Shown here: positions 60,258 through 64,000 of the stretch, one piece after another | How the letters are laid out: each line of letters opens with the position of its first letter | Position numbering within the stretch: the first letter of the stretch is position 1 | Source: Escherichia phage LH2 | DNA length: 64,000 nucleotides | Sequence record: OQ378934.1 | Strand: one strand, 5' to 3' | The notes under the pieces: model-generated | What the model was told of the DNA's origin: nothing | The model's database searches: none | The model's input: the letters and a program-made list of their open reading frames with translations, nothing else | Program-made: the position numbers and the translations under genes

Positions 60258-60266
60258 GGATTAATT

Positions 60267-61271
60267 ATGTTTAAAAAATATAGCAGTCTTGAAAATCATT
60301 ACAATTCTAAGTTCATTGAAAAACTTTACAGTTTAGGATTGACTGGCGGCGAATGGGTAGCTCGTGAAAAGATTCATGGCACAAATTTCTCACTGATTAT
60401 TGAACGCGATAAAGCAACTTGTGCTAAACGTACTGGACCGATTCTTCCTGCTGAAGATTTCTTTGGGTATGAAATTATTCTAAAGAATTACGCTGATTCC
60501 ATTAAAGCAGTACAAGATATTATGGAAACTTCGGCAGTTGTATCTTATCAAGTCTTCGGCGAATTCGCTGGACCTGGCATTCAGAAGAATGTCGATTATG
60601 GTGATAAAGATTTTTATGTATTTGACATTATTGTTACTACAGAAAGTGGTGATGTGACTTATGTCGATGATTATATGATGGAATCATTCTGTAATACATT
60701 CAAATTTAAAATGGCTCCACTTTTGGGTCGTGGTAAATTTGAAGAACTTATTAAATTGCCAAATGATTTAGATTCTGTCGTCCAGGATTATAATTTTACA
60801 GTAGACCATGCTGGATTAGTTGATGCAAATAAATGCGTTTGGAATGCCGAAGCAAAAGGCGAAGTATTTACTGCTGAAGGATATGTATTGAAACCTTGTT
60901 ATCCTTCTTGGATGCCTAATGGCAATCGTGTCGCTATTAAATGCAAGAACTCTAAATTTAGCGAAAAGAAAAAGTCTGATAAGCCTATTAAAGCTAAAGT
61001 TGAGTTGTCAGAAGCTGATAATAAATTGCTGGGAATTTTAGCTTGCTACGTTACACTGAACCGAGTAAATAATGTTATTTCTAAAATTGGCGAAATTGGT
61101 CCAAAAGATTTTGGAAAGGTGATGGGACTAACTGTTCAAGATATTTTGGAAGAAACTTCTCGTGAAGGTATTACTTTAACTCAAGCGGATAATCCTTCTT
61201 TGATTAAAAAGGAATTAGTTAAAATGGTACAAGATGTACTTCGTCCGGCTTGGATTGAATTGGTAAGTTAA
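60267..61271 (+). CDS. rnlB: RNA ligase 2
   Basis: 334-aa ORF (T4 Rnl2 is 334 aa) with nucleotidyltransferase motif I KIHGTN. Confidence 0.9.
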   Translation: MFKKYSSLENHYNSKFIEKLYSLGLTGGEWVAREKIHGTNFSLIIERDKATCAKRTGPILPAEDFFGYEIILKNYADSIKAVQDIMETSAVVSYQVFGEFAGPGIQKNVDYGDKDFYVFDIIVTTESGDVTYVDDYMMESFCNTFKFKMAPLLGRGKFEELIKLPNDLDSVVQDYNFTVDHAGLVDANKCVWNAEAKGEVFTAEGYVLKPCYPSWMPNGNRVAIKCKNSKFSEKKKSDKPIKAKVELSEADNKLLGILACYVTLNRVNNVISKIGEIGPKDFGKVMGLTVQDILEETSREGITLTQADNPSLIKKELVKMVQDVLRPAWIELVS

Positions 61272-61273
61272 AT

Positions 61274-61304
61274 AAAAAGGGACCTTTCGGTCCCTTTGTT
61301 TTAT
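61274..61304. terminator. bidirectional hairpin terminator (aaagggacctttcggtcccttt) between rnlB (+) and gene 24 (-)
   Basis: GC-rich hairpin flanked by A/T-runs on both strands between convergent stop codons. Confidence 0.7.
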
Positions 61305-62584
61305 TCATCAACGATAATTTTTGGTAGTTTAACACCTAATAAAACAGACAAATCTGAACGACCCGCCATTTTATCCATGTCTCCACCATCAATTATTCTT
61401 GCTTCTTTTTCATCTTTTGCTACAGTGTAAGGATTTGCAGATAAAGCATATCTAACCAATAAACCGATAGATGGCTGCAAACTTTCTGGATCAACTACAA
61501 CTTTAAATGCACCTACATGTTCAGGGTCATCTAAGTCAAGACCTTCTGTATACGGAGCATAGAAAATTGATCCAACAATTTCTTTTTCGCCAATATTTTC
61601 TACCACACCAACGATTACATAATCTAATGGGCTGTTAGTATCGCAATAAAGCGGTAAACCATTAGCTAAGAACCCGTAGGCATTTTGTGAAAGATATTTA
61701 TCATCTTCTGGTTTATGTTTTAACCAACCTGATGCAGCAAGAATCGCAGCGGCACGAGCTGAAGCAACACAGAACGTTGCTGTATAAGTTGATTCTTTTT
61801 GGATATGCGAAACCATTTCACACACCATTCGATATAATGAACGACCAGCTTCAGGCGCAGATGCATAACTCAAATCAATGAATCCAGTATCAGTAATTCC
61901 TGTAACTTTATAGCGTTTTGACACTGTAATCAAAGACTGCAGAATATCTTTATTGATTTCATCCGCCATTTCAGTTGCAAGCAAATCTTCCAAGAAATTA
62001 GGAGCATCGAATCCATTTGCTTCTAAATCTTGTGCTAATTCAACTGTGATGCCAGTTTTAAGTTTACGAGATTTAACTGCGGTTTGCCATTTATTAATCT
62101 GGAATCTAGCATCCGCAATTTCGCTATCAGAGCTTTCAAATTTGCTTGTTGATGCTGCATCAGAAAATAGACGAACCTTTAAAAGAACAATTGCAATCTG
62201 AAGAGCTAATTCTAAATCGCTTTCTTCAATATCAGCAAATGGTGTATCTTCTAATACTTTATAAACGATATTATTATATTTGAATAAATCGCCTTTATTG
62301 AGAGTTAATTTAGACTCTTCTGTTAATTCTGTGATTTGTTCTCGGTCTACGTACCCAGCTTCGCCAGCGTAAGTAGCACCAGTTTTAAATGTAAATTCGT
62401 TATCTGGGTTAAGGTATTTGATACCATAAAAAGCAGCAACAGGTTGATTAGTTCTTTGCGTTGCTACAATGTCAGAATATATTAATTTAGTGGTAGCGCG
62501 AGTCAAAGCAACGAGATTTGGGCGACCGATTGAGTTGCTATTCGTTGTGGTTGATTCGCGCAGAAGTTCGTTGATTTTAGCCAT
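61301..62584 (-). CDS. 24: head vertex protein gp24
   Basis: 427-aa ORF (T4 gp24 is 427 aa), paralogous to the adjacent major capsid protein. Confidence 0.9.
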   Translation of the reverse strand: MAKINELLRESTTTNSNSIGRPNLVALTRATTKLIYSDIVATQRTNQPVAAFYGIKYLNPDNEFTFKTGATYAGEAGYVDREQITELTEESKLTLNKGDLFKYNNIVYKVLEDTPFADIEESDLELALQIAIVLLKVRLFSDAASTSKFESSDSEIADARFQINKWQTAVKSRKLKTGITVELAQDLEANGFDAPNFLEDLLATEMADEINKDILQSLITVSKRYKVTGITDTGFIDLSYASAPEAGRSLYRMVCEMVSHIQKESTYTATFCVASARAAAILAASGWLKHKPEDDKYLSQNAYGFLANGLPLYCDTNSPLDYVIVGVVENIGEKEIVGSIFYAPYTEGLDLDDPEHVGAFKVVVDPESLQPSIGLLVRYALSANPYTVAKDEKEARIIDGGDMDKMAGRSDLSVLLGVKLPKIIVDE

Positions 62585-62611
62585 TGCGCTTTCCTTTTGG
62601 TTTATATGATT

Positions 62612-62619
62612 TATTTATA
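62612..62619 (-). promoter_or_regulatory. late promoter TATAAATA for gene 24
   Basis: Plus-strand tatttata is TATAAATA on the - strand, about 28 nt upstream of the gene 24 start. Confidence 0.7.
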
Positions 62620-62620
62620 C

Positions 62621-62654
62621 CATAAAAACAACTAAAGGGACCCGAAGGTCCCTT
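62621..62654 (-). terminator. terminator/attenuator hairpin downstream of gene 23 (gggaccttcgggtccc plus T-run)
   Basis: GC-rich hairpin followed on the - strand by ttgtttttatg, between the gene 23 stop and the gene 24 late promoter. Confidence 0.65.
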
Positions 62655-62667
62655 AAATCGTCAAAGA

Positions 62668-64000
62668 TTAGATACCTTTAACATATACACGGCGGAAGTA
62701 AGCGTTTTTACCAAGGCTATTCAGAATAGAAGGCATACCGCTCTGGATGCGAGAAGCCGGAGCTTGAGCAGCGGATTCTGCAAATGGGTTGATACCGATA
62801 CCGTAACGAGTTTTGAATCCCATTACTGGTTGGAAGTTCTTCGGATCGGAACCACGCAGCGGAGTCAGAGCTACATATGGAGCATAGTAAATACCAGCAT
62901 CCATTTCGTTCGGACCTTTATAACCTACAGTGAAATAATCCTGTTTAGCATACTGGTCGATATATACACGGTATTTACCACCCAGAACACCAGCAAATAC
63001 TGACTTGGTAGTATCAGTGTTAAAGCCGGTAGCCAGACCCTGTGCAGCATAAGAAATGCCAGTATCAACTGAAGCCAGAACGTTAACTACGTTACGGGAA
63101 GCGATAATGAAGTTACCTTCACCACGACCGGTCTGACGAGCAATTTCAACTGCTTCTTTGTCAATCTGGAACAACAGAGCTTTAAAGGATTCACCCGCCC
63201 AGCGAGCACCACGAATATCAATCGGATCCTGGAAGTCAAATACACCAGCTTTAGAACCTGGAGTCAGGGTCATACCAGATTTACCAACCTGAGCCGAGTA
63301 GTTAATCCAATCAACAACTTCACGGTTGATTTCCAGCATGATTTCGGTAGCCAGAATACCAGACAGTTCGGCATCAGCATCCATACCGTGAACAGCGCGG
63401 AGGTCTTGTGCTAATTCGATAGAGTAAGCAGCTTTCAGCTGGCGAGATTTAGCTTCGATAACTTGTTTATCGATACGGAAGCCCATTTCATTCCATGGGT
63501 TATCGGTAGAACCGTTGAAACCTTCCTGGAGTTCAGCGATAGAAGTAGCCATACCTTCAGCGATTTCTACCAATGCACCAGCTTCCATTTGTTTCTTAAT
63601 TTCAGCATCTAATTTAGCTGCATCAGTTGCGCTTGCACTAATTGTTACTTGAGCAGAAGCCTGCAGATACACAGTACCAGTGTCCTGGAAGAAGTGAGTA
63701 TAGATATCACCTACTGTGGTTTCTGTGCTAGCAGCCAGAGCCGGGAATTTCTTAGCAGCACCCTGACCAGAGAACATTGCATCTGGGCCATACATTGGGT
63801 GGAATGCTTCTTTAGCACCGGAAGCGATTGGGTCTTTACCATATACTGCGCGCAGTGCGAATACCTGGCCAGTCGGGCTGTTCATCGGCTGAACACCGCA
63901 AATATCGAAAGCAATCAGGTTAGGAATAGCACGACGTACCATACCCATAACAGCTGGGCCAATCTGAGTTACTGCGCCAGAAGTCTGACCAGCAGCGATG
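62668..64000 (-). CDS. 23: major capsid protein gp23, C-terminal ~444 codons (5' end outside window)
   Basis: Frame is open to the window edge (…IAAGQTSGAVTQIGPAVMGMVRRAIPNLIAFDICGVQPMNSPTGQVFALRAVYGKD…), matching T4 gp23. Confidence 0.95.
   Translation of the reverse strand, partial: IAAGQTSGAVTQIGPAVMGMVRRAIPNLIAFDICGVQPMNSPTGQVFALRAVYGKDPIASGAKEAFHPMYGPDAMFSGQGAAKKFPALAASTETTVGDIYTHFFQDTGTVYLQASAQVTISASATDAAKLDAEIKKQMEAGALVEIAEGMATSIAELQEGFNGSTDNPWNEMGFRIDKQVIEAKSRQLKAAYSIELAQDLRAVHGMDADAELSGILATEIMLEINREVVDWINYSAQVGKSGMTLTPGSKAGVFDFQDPIDIRGARWAGESFKALLFQIDKEAVEIARQTGRGEGNFIIASRNVVNVLASVDTGISYAAQGLATGFNTDTTKSVFAGVLGGKYRVYIDQYAKQDYFTVGYKGPNEMDAGIYYAPYVALTPLRGSDPKNFQPVMGFKTRYGIGINPFAESAAQAPASRIQSGMPSILNSLGKNAYFRRVYVKGI

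Overview
This window is a contiguous segment of a T-even (T4/T2-like, Tequatrovirus-type) myovirus genome, colinear with the phage T4 map from the end of rIIB through gene 23 and presented in reverse orientation relative to the standard map. Gene identities rest on protein sequences and lengths I recognise from T4, plus gene order; no database search was run. Early and middle genes sit on the + strand (denB, ndd, stp, ac, 52, motA, arn, asiA, rnh, dsbA, 33, 59, 32, frd, td, nrdA, nrdB, denA, rnlA, alc, pseT, cd, 31, rIII, 30, alt, uvsY, inh, hoc, rnlB). Late structural genes are mostly on the - strand (t, long tail fibre genes 34-38, baseplate/tail genes 51-27-28-29-48-54, uvsW, segE, 24, 23). 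T4-type early promoters (GTTTAC -35 with extended -10), MotA-box middle promoters, TATAAATA late promoters and GC-hairpin terminators are visible throughout. The accessory content lies mainly in the td-nrdA-nrdB region: a td group I intron with intact I-TevI, a second free-standing GIY-YIG endonuclease on the opposite strand, a 530-aa Vsr-like putative homing endonuclease between nrdA and nrdB, and an nrdB intron with a decayed I-TevIII remnant. Further candidates are a 400-bp ORF-free, GC-elevated region after rIII followed by a small basic protein, a NADAR-like protein and a HAD-like hydrolase, a frameshifted partial duplication of the alt 5' end, and a promoter-leader cassette present in two copies. 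The gp38 is the T2-type glycine-rich adhesin rather than the T4-type chaperone. No tRNA, CRISPR array or integrase was found.
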